DNA of 64,000 bases from assembly GCA_964016885.1 (NCBI GenBank), contig OZ024762.1:14260001-14324000 (forward strand), read 5' to 3'. The position numbers were made by a program, and so were the translations under genes. The notes beneath the pieces are model-generated. The model made no database searches. It saw only the letters and a list, made by a program, of their open reading frames with translations, and had not been told where the DNA came from. Origin of the DNA: Eledone cirrhosa (lineage: Eukaryota). This document shows positions 12,503 through 29,358 of the stretch, in pieces. Position 1 is the first letter of the stretch; the number at the start of each line of letters is the position of its first letter.

Positions 12503-13494
12503 CAGGGCTTCCCAACCTTTTTTCACTATGGACCCTCAAGCAGAATCCTTTTTCGCTATGGACCCCCCCCCCCCTCAAGAGCATTCAAAACTTAGGACAT
12601 TAATTCAACAAACAAAATTTATTCATAATGATCAAAGAGTCCTACGGGCACACGTTTTTAGTGAGAGCCTTGTGGCTGTTTATTACTCACGAGAGCAGAA
12701 ATCCGTGGTTGTAGGTCACTCAGACGGAGCCTCATTTCTGGATTATCGTTCAAGTGCAAGCTCCTTCGTTGCTTTGTGAATGAATGAAGTAAAAGCGAAA
12801 AGCCCTTCTCCACCAAATTGGACGTTGATTGATTAATTATAAATGGTTCCACCTTTTCATACAAGGTTTGATATTTGATCGAGCTTTGCAGCCACACTTT
12901 GACCCAATTTTTCTCAGAGGCTTGAATCAAGCGTTCGTCAGCAATGTCCTCGCACAGCTCAATTTTGATGACGAAGAACGGACCCTGTCACTGAGCGCTT
13001 CGAAGTATTCTTTAGGTTTGTTGACCAATGAGGGATGACACTTGTTGAGGTGTAAAGAAAGTTTGGCGGGTTTCATTGATGCATTCGTCAGTTGTGTCAA
13101 ACAAATAAGACACTGTGGTAGTAATGGATTGTTCTTGCTGCTAATAAATCCATATTGAATATAAGAGGGGTCATACTGCCTACATTTCTTCTTGCTTTTG
13201 CTCATATTTAATTGTTATTGGAAGAAACCTAAAATAGAAAAATGCAATTAAGAAGCTTTTTAAAATTTACAATTCAAATTCCAGAAATGAAGATGTTTCT
13301 TCTTGATGCTTGAAAACGTATGTACCGTACTTAAAACGATTTAATTGAAAATATTAAGAAAAGTGCAATAACTTTTACTAAATCAACTCATTTATTATAC
13401 ATTTAATTGTGTACATTCCATTATGTACATTTAACTCACCATTTTTCTGTGGACGCCCCTGTAATCGCGCGATGGACCCCGTTGGGAAACCCTG
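12503..13494 (-). mobile_element. Internally deleted hAT DNA transposon, Buster/Charlie group
   Basis: TIRs CAGGGCTTCCCAAC / GTTGGGAAACCCTG; exact 8-bp TSD TCTTAGAC (12495-12502, 13495-13502). BED-finger N-terminus MSKSKKKCRQYDPSYIQYGF...PQCLIC...MKPAKLSLHLNKCH (12927-13205) sits next to the dimerisation-domain C-terminus ...EKGFS...MRLRLSDLQPRISALVSNKQPQGSH; the catalytic core is missing. Confidence 0.93.
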
Positions 13495-13556
13495 TCTTAG
13501 ACAATTGGTTTGGTTTTGTACTGTATCGTTTACTTTGCTATTTCTGTTTCCCTTTT

Positions 13557-13606
<50 letters not shown>

Positions 13607-13794
13607 GAAGGTGTGCTAAGATACCAGGTGGACCATAAGGCACCAGAGTATTCAATACTTAGAGTAGTAGAGTGGGTAATAGGAAAAGAGTCAGGACCTC
13701 GACGGCTGAGCTCCGGCCTTTTCGTCAGCTAGATCTGAACGTTCGGATCTAGCTGTCGAAACGGCCGGAGCTCAGCCGTCGGGATCCTGCCCCT

Positions 13795-13836
<42 letters not shown>

Positions 13837-13837
<1 letters not shown>

Positions 13838-13913
13838 GGGTTGTAACATAAACTCACGCCGTTTTTTTATTAAGAAGTTTTATAACAATGGCAGGAATTT
13901 ATGTTACAACCCA
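13837..13913. mobile_element. Mariner-like MITE
   Basis: 15-bp perfect TIR gggttgtaacataaa / tttatgttacaaccc in a TA context. Confidence 0.6.
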
Positions 13914-14133
13914 ATATATATATACAAACGAAGGACACAGAACTTCGTGGTCATCGGCAGTTGAGGTGGACTTAGGCAGTTTCGACCCCTACCAACGGTA
14001 CTGCTGCTCTATAGGGTGTCATAGCAGCGTCTAACATAAGCCAGAGGCTGTCCAGTGGAGCAAGAAACGACACACCACACCACACCACACCACACATAGA
14101 TAGATGGATGGACAGATAAACAGATAGATAGAT

Positions 14134-15188
14134 ATGTTTCTTTATTAGCCACAGGGGCACAAAAGAAGGGGACAAATACAAAGGAAGAAGTTTACATACA
14201 ATAAAATCATGTAAAATACTATCACAAATGCAATTTAAAAATTAATCGATTTTCCCCAATAGGGGGAGACATTACATATGGGTAACACATACCATCGAAA
14301 AAAATGTGCAACCCTCATCTCCAGGAGTACGAAGAGTGAGTGCCCCTTTCCTCTCTTCCTCTTTTTCCTCAACCTAAGGGCTGATATAGAGAGAAGGCCC
14401 ATTCACTCGGGCCATTCTCGCCACTTTCACCCACCTTTCATAAAACTTGCTGGGGTACAGCACCTCTCTCTCCATCCTGATTCTTCTTCCAAAGTGGTAT
14501 TTGAAAAAAAGAATCAGTTGTTGGCCGGAGAGAAAGGTGTCTGACCTCAGCCCTTTCAACCTTGTCCACCATACAACCTCTTTCGCCATAGCTATCACAC
14601 AAAGGAAAACCGCCTCTCCTTCGTTTTTGAAGGAGGGTGGCGGTTTGATCATGACAATGGACTCGGTGGTCAACTGGATTGGTCCCACCCGCGACAATAG
14701 TCGTTCTACATAGCCCCACAGGTCAGTGACGCCCGGGCAGTGCATGAATGCGTGCGCCACGGTTTCTTCGTCTCGCACGCACCTCGGACAGATCTTTTTT
14801 GCAGGGTCCCTGCCCGGGCGCCCATGTCTGTAGAGCTTGTCTCGAACTGGTAGAGCTTCTCGATAGCATTGCCAGACCAGGGACTTTTAGAAGTTGTCCA
14901 TCGGTTCCGGGCGGAAGGTCCTACCGAACAGACTGGCCAGTTCGTCTTCCTCTACGCCCAGAGTTTTTCCGAGCGCGTCGTCGCACTTGCTGCGGACCAA
15001 CCCTCTATAGAATAATGAAGTGGAGTCTCCACTGATCGCCGGGTCCGCCTGCCAGAGGGCTGTGAGCGCCTGAGCACATTCGATGTGCCAGTCGCCCATT
15101 TTCCTCGGTCTTTGCTTGACCCAGGACTGCAGCTCGGTCAGCGAGACGAGTCGTGGGAATGCTCGCCTCACGAACGGGGCCCACACCG
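14134..15188 (-). mobile_element. 5'-truncated L1/Tx1-clade non-LTR retrotransposon (ORF2 C-terminus and 3' UTR)
   Basis: EETVAHAFMHCPGVTDLW is the L1/Tx1 CCHC (zf-RVT) region; AKEVVWWTR motif; 3' end has AATAAA running into (TATC)n. Confidence 0.85.
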
Positions 15189-15805
15189 ATTGATAGATAG
15201 ATATCTTTATTTATTTGCCACAGGGGCGTACAACAATGGGACATTACAAGACGTGAAGGCGGGGGTTTTACATAAAATCTTTAACAATGATAAATAGCAG
15301 ATAGATGGATGGACAGACAAACATATATAGATAGATATAGATAGATAGATGGATAGACAGATAAACAGATAGATGGATAGACAGATAAAGAGGCAGAGAG
15401 ACTGACAGACAGCGAGACTAAGATAAGCAGGTAAAGAGACAGCCATGTGAGGTGTGAAAGGAATATTTCCTCGCTCTCCCCCTCACATCTATGTAATAAA
15501 TGTGTCATCATTTAGACACATGGAATGGTTAGAAGACTAATTTATTAAATACCCCACCACCACCAACACCACCACTGACGCCGACTCCACCACCACTGAT
15601 GCCGGCGGCATCACCATCACCACCACTGACGCCGACCTCACCACCACCACCATCATCACCACCACCATCAACACTGCCGCCTGCATCGTCATCGCCACCA
15701 CCGACATCACCATCACCACCATCATCATCACCATCATTACGTATTATTACTAGTTATGTCTGTGGTTTTTCTAAGTAGTGGTGGTGATGGTGGTGGTGGT
15801 ACCAG

Positions 15806-15849
<44 letters not shown>

Positions 15850-17328
15850 GTGATGGTGGGGGTGGTATTGAGTCGTTAGGTGTGTTAGGGTTGGAAAGGT
15901 TTGTTTATCGTTAATTAAACACGTGCTCATCTGTGTGAGAGAGAGAGAGGGGGGGAGGGGGATGTCGAGAAAGGAGCAACAAAAAATTTTATTACCTCCA
16001 CCTAAAATTCCTGTGTAGAAAGAAGAAGAAAAAAAGCGACGCTCTTCCCACACCCCACCAGCAGCAAATATGTTTATTTAGGTCGGGAGAAAAGTTGATT
16101 GCTTTATGATACCCAAATTTACCAAATTTACTGCAAAAGACCCCCCGCCTCCACCACACTCTTCACCCCCTGCCCCACACAGCAACAATAACAGCAGCAA
16201 CATCATCAGCAGCAACATCATCAGCAACAACAGCTTCTGTAACAACCACAGCTACAGTAACAACAACAACCTCAACAACAGCAACATCAAAAGCAACATA
16301 AACATCAACAGCAACAACATCAACAACAGCAACAACAACATAAACATCAACAACAGCAACAACAGCAGCAACAACAACAACAACAACAACAATCTCAAGA
16401 ACATCAAAAGCAACAAACATCAACAGCAACAACAATCTCAAGAACATCAAAAGCAACATAAACATCAACAGCAACAACAACAACAACCTCAACATCAAAA
16501 GCAACAACAGCAACAACAACAACATAAACATCAACAACTACAATATCAACAACTACAGCAACATCACCAACAACAAGAACTAAATCGCAGCCCATCCCAA
16601 ACATAACACAACCCAATACGTTCATTGTTATAAAAGGGCGTTGGATTGGCAGTATCGGTAGAGGGTCGGACGCCATGCGTTGCAGCATAGAGTTACCGCC
16701 CTTTACGGTCTGAGTTCAAATCCTGCGGAGGTTAACTTTGCCTTTCATCCTTACAGGGTCGATGAAATAAAGTACCAGTAATGTAGTGAGGTAATTGCTG
16801 GTCCTTGTGCCAAAAAGTAGAAATAATTATTATTATAAATTGGCAGTATTGGTAGAGCAGCAGACACCATGCTTTGCAGCATAGAGTTATTGTCCTTTAC
16901 GTTCTGAGTTCAAATCCCGTCGAGGTTAGCTTTGCCTTTCATCCTTACGGGGTCGGTGATAAAATAAAGTACCAGTAATGTACTGGGGTTTGATTTAATC
17001 GACTTTCCCTTCCTTTCAAATTGTTGGTCATCTTTCTTTATATAACAGGTTGAATGAGTTGGAGTGCATAACCCAACGAAACTTAAATATCTGCATATGT
17101 CACTATTGTTACTTATATATACATAGTAATAATAATTGGCACAAGGCCAGTAATTACCCCATGCATTACTGGTACTTTATTTTATCGACCCCGTAAGGAT
17201 GAAAGGCAAAATCAACCTCGGCGGGATTTGAACTCAGAATGGCAAGGGCCGTAACTCTATGCGTTAAAGCATGGCGTCCGACCCTCTACCGATACTGCAA
17301 ATCAAAATCCGAAGAGGGCTGGATAAGG

Positions 17329-17398
<70 letters not shown>

Positions 17399-18237
17399 TT
17401 CCGTAAAAGGGCGATTCTTTGTTTAAACTTTAATCTGTACTTATATATATATTATATATATATATATATAGTGGCCTTCAACGCAGTTTCCGTCGACCAA
17501 ATTACTTCACACATATAGCATTGGTCAACCCGAAGCTACATAAACGCCACTTGCTGCCCTCTCTTCCTGTCTCATATCCCTTTCCATCCCTTCGCCACCA
17601 CTCAATGTGAACTCGCAGTGGGGGAGGAGAGGGGAACGAGTCCGGAAACCACGTGGTCGCAAAAACAACGAAGTTCTTAAACCACACACAACCATGGATG
17701 GACTGCGCCGATAAACATAAACACCAAACAGAATATCGATAATAGATCGAAGCACAATAGAAATAGTGTATTGTTCGTATCAGAAGTTGATAATGGTAAA
17801 CATTTCCTGGTTATAACAATAGGTTTGATAGATGTAATGATGTAGTGGTGGAGATATTGAAAAGGTTTCTGTGGTGGGTTTATTTTATTTTATTATATTT
17901 AGGGCGGTGGATTGGCAGTATCGGTAGAGGGTCTCACGCCATGCTTTAACGCATAGAGTTGCCATTCTTGCCATTCTATGTTCAAATCCCGCCGAGGTTA
18001 ACTTTGCCTTTCATCCTTACGTGGTCGATAAACTAAAGTACCAGTAATGCACTGGGTAATTGCTGGCCTTGTGCCAAAAGTAGAACAATTATATTTATCA
18101 AGGGGGGCTGGTGCAGGCCTAGATAAAAGACGGGCCCCTCTGTATATCCACCGCATTCATGTAAATATGTAGAATCGTCTAACTTCGTGAAACCTTGGGT
18201 AATAGAAATAATTATGTTGTGTTGTTTATTACGTAAT

Positions 18238-21330
<3,093 letters not shown>

Positions 21331-21460
21331 GAGAGAGAGAGATTTGTAACTAATACTTTCTCTTCCACCCCTACTTTTCTCTCTCTCTCCCTCTATAATA
21401 TATATATATATATATATATAACAGCCCTCTTTGAATTTTAGTCTTCAGATTTATTATTAT

Positions 21461-21494
<34 letters not shown>

Positions 21495-21806
21495 CAAAGG
21501 AATTGTGGTAAGGAACCAGATGGACCATAACGCACCAGAGTACTCAATACTTAGGGTAGTAGAGTGGGTAATAGGAAAAAGCATGAGACCGACGGCAGAG
21601 CTCAAGCCGTTTCGAAGGCTATTTCTGGGTCCAGAAATAGCCGTCGAAACGGCTTGAGCTCTGCCGTCGGGGTCATACTTTTTCCTATATATATATATAT
21701 ATATATATTTGCAGTATAGCAATATAAGGTTTCACTTACCAATGAAACGGTCGTAAATACCTGGATAAAATCCTTCTCTTAATGCTTACCTGTCTTTTCT
21801 CTTTTA

Positions 21807-21881
<75 letters not shown>

Positions 21882-22057
21882 TAAAAAAATAATGAATAAA
21901 ACAATGAAACAGTTCCTTATATTAAACAAAAAAAGTTCATTATTTAACGATCGTTTCTAGGATATATATGTGTTAGAATTGGCATGCATATTCAACAGAT
22001 CTATGTACAAAATTATACAAAATTATACAAACTATCAAAATTAAATATACATACCAA

Positions 22058-22105
<48 letters not shown>

Positions 22106-22213
22106 ATATATATATAGTATAAGAACGAGTTCCTATTACCCACTCTACTACCCTAAGTATTGAGTACTTTGGTGCGTTATGGTCCACCTGGTTCCTTACC
22201 ACGTTTCCTTCGT

Positions 22214-22245
<32 letters not shown>

Positions 22246-22251
22246 TACATA

Positions 22252-22331
22252 CACAGGGTGTCCCAAAAGATGTATACACCTTTCAATAGCAGATAACTCA
22301 AAGTGTATATGCATTTTTTCGGGTCACCCTC
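22252..22331. mobile_element. Tc1/mariner-type MITE; relatives at 32523-32616 and 11623-11660 (partial)
   Basis: Imperfect TIRs CAGGGTGTCCCAAAA.../...TTTTCGGGTCACCCTC, flanked by TA. Confidence 0.65.
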
Positions 22332-23137
22332 TATATATATGTATGTTTTTGTATGTATGCTTGTGTGTGGGTACATCTACACCCTTATCTACCCACCATT
22401 CACCCCACCACCCCACCATTCACCCCACCACCCCATATACAAATCATACTCCCAAAACATAATCTTGTTTTTACCGCCAAATTTATCATACTATTACTAC
22501 TACTATTACTACTACTACAACTACTACTATTTTCACCAACCACCACCACCAACATCACTACCATCACCACCACTACTATCACCACCATTATCACCATCAC
22601 CACTACTATCACCACCATTATCACCATCACCACTACCATCACTACAACCACCATCATCACTACCATCACCACCAACACCGCCACTACCAACACCACCACC
22701 ACTATCACAACCATCACCACCACCACAGCCGCCACCACTACAACCATCACCACCACCACCACAGTCACCACCACTACAACCATCACCACCACCACCACCA
22801 CCACCGTCACCACAACCACCAATACCACCACCACCACCATCACCAATACCACCACCACCACCATCACCACTACCATCACAGCCACCACCACTACAACCAT
22901 CACCACCACCACCACTATCACCACCACCACCGTCACCACAACCACCAATACCACCACTACCACCATCCAGATCATGTTTCTCTATACAGTATTATGTATT
23001 TCAAGGTCTCAACATCTTGTTCCCCCGAGAAGTACCGATTACAATATAAGCAGTATTTTACTGACGGAATAATTCAGCTACGGTTTTTGCACAAAGTTTC
23101 TAAAGAAGTGTGGATTATACACACATACATACATACA

Positions 23138-23705
23138 TGGTGGCTGCCAACTCGTTTTCGAGTACGGCCACTACTTTATATCCATGTAGGAGTACCCCTT
23201 CCGATGCGCTGAACGAGTGTGACTTTTTAGTCCAGCCAGCGACTTGAAAACTCTGGTACAAACACTACACTTATGACAATTATTGACACATAGTGCTGGG
23301 CCATGGTACCATGTGATGACAAGTGCAGAGAGATCTCCAGATATAAAGCAATGCCTGTGCCGTGAAGCTTTTATAGTGAGCAAAGGCACTGCACAAAGCC
23401 AGTCCCACTCTCTTAACCAAGATGATATTTACCAAAAAGAAGAACAAGTCAACATCATTGGATACCATCAGGGTTGCAGGTGTTATATCAGAGTTTTCTT
23501 TCTCCTAGAATTCTGCCTTGACAAAGGATAAGGGGTCATCTCTCCCGGTGATTTTGGATGGCCATTGACTCTTAAGAGCTCCTTTGCCCTTTGACAGGTT
23601 TTGTTTTTAGTCCTGCAGGATGTCCAAAGTCACCCTCCTCACCAAGAAACCTTGGTGGGGTTGCCAGTTTAGTCGCCAATGACCCGACTATGAGACAGGT
23701 TGTAC
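23138..23705 (-). mobile_element. Non-autonomous bipartite RTE-derived retroelement (~570-590 bp). Other copies: 1-232 (-), 51752-52338 (-), 63478-64000 (+); related: ~10664-10980, ~32848-33145, ~51569-51730
   Basis: Four near-identical copies. The 5' part has an RTE-5'UTR-like ctaggagaaggaaaactctga; the 3' part encodes a C2H2 finger remnant (CSVCTRVFKSLAGLKSHTRSAH) and ends in the hairpin ctcg-aaaa-cgag plus a (TATG)n tail. Confidence 0.75.
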
Positions 23706-23724
23706 ATACATACATGCATACACG

Positions 23725-23829
<105 letters not shown>

Positions 23830-24072
23830 TTATAAGCGTGTGGCTTAATGGTTAGAGAATTGGATTTACAATCATGAAGGCGGGTGTTCAATTCTCGGAT
23901 TGGGTGATGCGTTATGTCCTTAAACAAGTCTCTTTATTTCACGTTGCTCTTTCTGCCAGCAGATGCGATCAATAGATAGAATCAGCAATGGAAACATTGT
24001 TTCCTTAGTCTGACTTTTATCTATTGCGAAACTTGATCCTCATATTATATATTAAATATGTATTGATACCTT

Positions 24073-24127
<55 letters not shown>

Positions 24128-24799
24128 TATATATATATATATATATATTAGAAAAAAACGAGGAAGTTTCGTTTACATGTATAAGATATTTATTGCGAAT
24201 CGACCTGTTACGCGCGATTTTCAGAGGGTTGGCTCAAGATCACCCATAGAAGTTATGGAACCAACTTCCCTGTTGATCTGCTCTTCAGTCTGGCGATGTG
24301 ACAAAAACAAATTGAGGGTTAATTAGTTACTGATTAGTTACGTCTCATTGAGAATTAGTTTTCTCTCATTTAATTTTAATACACACACACACACACACAC
24401 ACACAGCACTGTTATGTGAATCGATAGTATATACTATGTATTGAATACTCAACTGCCTTTACTAGAATGAATGAATTGATCGAACGACTAGCATTCACTT
24501 CCATAGACGAATCCCACGCAAGTTCCATCAACATATTTCCTATTCAACCCGTTGACATTCAAGATTAATGATATTCAATCTTTTAATATCTCCCATCCTT
24601 ACCCCGCTCTCACTGTCCACAATTGTCCATTGTCAAGGGACCTAAAGTCCAGTCCAAGTGTGATAATCATTAATTGACACACAACCTCGTCACCATAACA
24701 ACTATTGATATTTCTTTGATCTCTACACCTTTTGACATTCGCTATTTGAACCTTCCCTGAGTCGCTTCTCCCTCTCCGTAGATCATAGTTAACATTCTT

Positions 24800-26450
24800 T
24801 CATTCGTCTATTTCTGCTGTTGTTGAGTTGTTGATTTAATGTTATTTGAACATCTATATATGTAGGCATTCGTTTGTTGACCTCTGTAAATATTTCGTTT
24901 CGTTATTTGAGCTTCAATAATTATAGGCATTCGGTTGTTGACACCTGAAACAGTTCTCTTTCGTTATTTGATCTTCCTCTATATCTGTAGACATTCCGTT
25001 GTTGATATCTGTAATTATTACGTTTCATTATTTGAGCTGCTATAATAGTTAGCATTTGTTGGTTGATCTCTATGACTGTTGATTTGAGCCTCTGTAGGAG
25101 ATAGTATTCATTCATTCCAATGTTGATCACTGTAGCTGTTGATTTAACGTTATTTGAGCCTCCTCTATAACTGTTAGTATTTGTTCGGTGGATTGGCAGT
25201 ATCGGTAGAGGGTCGGACGCCATGCTTTCAAGCCTAGTTACGTCCCTTTACGATCTGAGTTCAAATCCCGCCGAGGTTGACTTTGCCTTTCATCCTTACG
25301 GGGTCGATAAAATAAAGTACCAGTAATGCACTGGGTAATTGCTGGCCTTGTGCCTAAAGTAGAAACAAGTATTTGTTTGTTGATCTCTATGACTGTTGAT
25401 TTCAGCCTCTTATAAGAGCCTCTGTAATGTTAATCACTGTAGCTGTTAATTTAACGTTATTTGAGCCTCAATAATTGTTTGTTGATCTCTATAACTGTTG
25501 ATTTTTGTTATTTGATCCTCTGTAAGAGATAGCATTCATTCATATGTTGATCACTGTAGTTGTTGATTGAATGTTATTTGAGCCGCTTCTGTAACTGTCA
25601 GCATTCCGTTGTTTATCTCTGCAAATGGTTTGTTTCGTTATTTGAGCCTCCTCTATAACTGTTAGTATTTGTTTGTTAATCTCTATGACTGTTGATTTTT
25701 GTTATTTGAGCCTCTGTAAGAAATAGCATTGATTCACTCCAATGTTGATTACTGTATCTGTTGATTTAATGTTATTTGAGCCTCCATAATTGTTTGTTGA
25801 TCTCTATAACTGTTATTTTTTGTTATTTGAGCTTCTGTAAGAGATAGCATTGATTCATTCCAATGTTGATCACTGTAGTTGTTGATTTAATGTTATTTGA
25901 GTCTCCTCTGTAACTTTTTAACATTCGTTTGTTTATCTCTGCAAATAGTTTGTTTCGTTATTTGAGCTTCTATAACTGTAGTTTCTATAACTGTTTGTTG
26001 ATCCCTGAAACAGTTCTCTCTTGTTATTTGAGCCTCTATATCTACAGGCATTTGATTCTTGATCTCTATAACTATTAGCTTTCGTTAGTTGAGCCTCTGT
26101 AAGGGATAGCATTCATTCTAATGTTGGTCACTGTAGCTGTTGATTTAACATTATATGAACCTCCTCTACAACTGTTAGCATTCGTTTCTTGACCTCTGTA
26201 AATGTCTGTTTGTTTTTTCTCTTTTGTTATTTTAGCCTCTATAATGTAAGCTCTTATTTTAGTCTCTATAATGTAAGCTCTTATTTTAGCCTCTATAATG
26301 TAAGCTTTCGTTATTTGAGCCTCAGAAAGAGATAGCATTCATTCATTCATATGTTGATCATTGTAGCTGTTAATTTAACCTTATTCGAACCTTGTAGTAA
26401 CTGTTAGCTTTCGTTTGTTGATACCTGTAACTGTTCTGTTTCATTATTTT
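24800..26450. repeat. Old degenerate minisatellite (gttatttgagcctct / gttgatctctataactgtt motifs) interrupted by a SINE
   Basis: Dozens of diverged 30-40 bp subunits. Confidence 0.8.
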
Positions 26451-27322
26451 AAATCATGTCGAGGTTAACTTTGCCTTTCATCCTTACGGGGTTGATAAAA
26501 TAAAGCACCAGTAACGTACTTGGGTCGATTTAATCGACTTTCTCCTCCCCCAAAATTACTGGCTTTGTGCCTATATAAGAAAACATTATTTCAAATCACG
26601 TCGAGGTTAGCTTCGCCTGTCATCCTTCCGGGGTCGATAAAATAAAGTACCAGTAATACACTGGAGTCTATTTAATCCACTTTTCTCTTTGAAGCTTATT
26701 GATTCGCTTTTTTTTTATCGTTACATGAAGCTTATAATTGTTAGCATTGATTTTTTTTTTTTTTATCATTACATCTGCTAAATTTTATTATTTGAACCAT
26801 GTAACTTTGAATTCGTTTGTTGATTTCTACAACCATTCAATTTCATTAATATATTCCCAAGTTGAACCATGCAACTAGCAACAATACTTAGTCAAGCGTT
26901 ACAACTACAAACAGTCGTTCATTGATCCATGAAACATATTATGGCTCTTAGTTAACGCTCAACTCTATTTAAAACAGTCAATTTAAGCCCTATAAATGCT
27001 AATAGTCGTTAACTGACCCTCACAAATGGTAATAATAATTATTATCATTTCTAACATGAGGGTAGTGGGTTGACAGAGTCGGTAGTGAGTCGGACTAAAT
27101 GCTTTGAACATTTAAGTGTGGTTCTGTAAGGTCTGGGTTCAATTTCCACCAAGGTCAACTTTGTATTTCATTTTTCCAGCGGTCAATAAAATAATGTAGC
27201 AGTCAAGTTCCGGGGTCAATATTATCGACACCTCCGTGCCCCAGATTTCTGGATTTGTTCCAGCATTAGAAAGAACTGGCCTAATTGTAATAATATATAT
27301 ATGGCGAGAGTGATGGCGGTGG

Positions 27323-27372
<50 letters not shown>

Positions 27373-27627
27373 GTTTCTACTTTAGGCACAAGGCCAGCAT
27401 TACTGGTACTTTATTTTATCGACCCCGTAAGGATGAAAGGCAAAGTCAACCTCGGCGGGATTTGAACTCAGATCGTAAAGGGACGTAACTATGCCGGAAA
27501 GCATGGCGTCTGACCCTCTACTGATACTGCCAATCCACCGCCCTTATATATATATATATATATAATGTTTTATATATATATGTGTGTGTGTGAGTATGGA
27601 TATAGTTATGTAAATGTAAGTATATAT

Positions 27628-27719
<92 letters not shown>

Positions 27720-27838
27720 GATGATGTCACGAGGATCTTGCGGAACTTGACCACTGAAATCTACATAGTGTTTGCTATAATAAATCTTTGAAGGAATTTC
27801 ACCAGTCCAGCCTCCTGTCATTTTACTCAATAATATAT

Positions 27839-27872
<34 letters not shown>

Positions 27873-27897
27873 GGCGCTGCGGTCAGGATTTTACACA

Positions 27898-27959
<62 letters not shown>

Positions 27960-28045
27960 GAGAGAGAGATACATCTATATACATATACGTTTATCTATAT
28001 ATACATGTTTCCACCCACTTATACTTAAATACATAACCACATCCA

Positions 28046-28088
<43 letters not shown>

Positions 28089-28376
28089 ATAGAACGAGGA
28101 GGTGGAGAGAGAGAGAGAGAGAGATGTATAAAATCCTGACCGCGGCGCCATCACAAACAGATCAAAGACGATTAAGTGATAATGATAAATAGAGAAATAA
28201 ATATATATATATTTATATACATATATATGTATATAAATATATATATATATTTATATACATATATATATATGTATATATATTTATATACATATATATATAT
28301 GTATATATATTTATATACATATATATATTTATATATATATTTTATTAAACAATTAATAAAATTCTTTATATTTATT

Positions 28377-28460
<84 letters not shown>

Positions 28461-29316
28461 ATGTGGATGTGTCAGAGAGTGAGATAGTGTGTCTATATGT
28501 GTGTGAGAGGGGGGAATAGAGAGATAGTGTATGTGTGTGTGATAGAAAGCGATAGTGTGTGTGTGTGTGTGAGTGAGATAGTGTGTGTATATGTGTGAGA
28601 AAGGGGATAGAGAGATAGTGTGTGTATAAGAGAGAGAGAAAGAAAGAGGAAGTGAAAATGGAAGTGGTGGTCGTGGTAGGAGGGCTGGATTTTATTGATT
28701 TGCTAGAAAAGTTCAAGGACAAACGAGACAAACAATTCTCAAAGACAGGACTACAGAGACACAGAAGCGAACTTAGGTCCACCAACCCCACCACCAACCC
28801 CACAACCAGCTCCACCACCAACCCCACCACCACCACCAACCCCACCACCACCAGCCCCACCACCAGCCCCACCACCAGCTCCACCACCAACCCCACCACC
28901 ACCACCAACCCCACCACCAGCTCCACCACCAACCCCACCACCAACCCCACCACCAGCTCCACCACCAACCCCACCACCAACTCCACCACCAACTCCACCA
29001 CCAGCTCCCCCACCACCAGTTCCCCCACCAGCCCACCACCAACCCCACCACCACCAGTTCCCCCACCAGCCCACCACCAGCTCCACCACCAACCCCACCA
29101 CCACCACCACCAACCCCACCACCACCAGCCCCACCACCAGCTCCACCACCAACCCCACCACCAGCCCCACCACCAGCTCCACCACCAACCCCACCACCAA
29201 CCCCACCATCATCCCCACCACCAACCCCACCACCAGCCCCACCACCAGCCCCACCACCAGCCCCACCACCAACCCCACCACCAGCGACACCTCACATCGT
29301 GGCCTCCTCTTTTATT

Positions 29317-29358
<42 letters not shown>

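Noticed and set aside
13960-14032. Minus-strand hammerhead-like relic (stem, GAAAC, GTC)
   Set aside because: The core reads CTGCTAT (three mismatches) and stem I does not pair.
22303-23072. Extensin- or mucin-like Pro/Thr-rich ORFs (also 16106-16606 and 28622-29413)
   Set aside because: ACC/CAA microsatellites with no signal peptide or supported exon structure.
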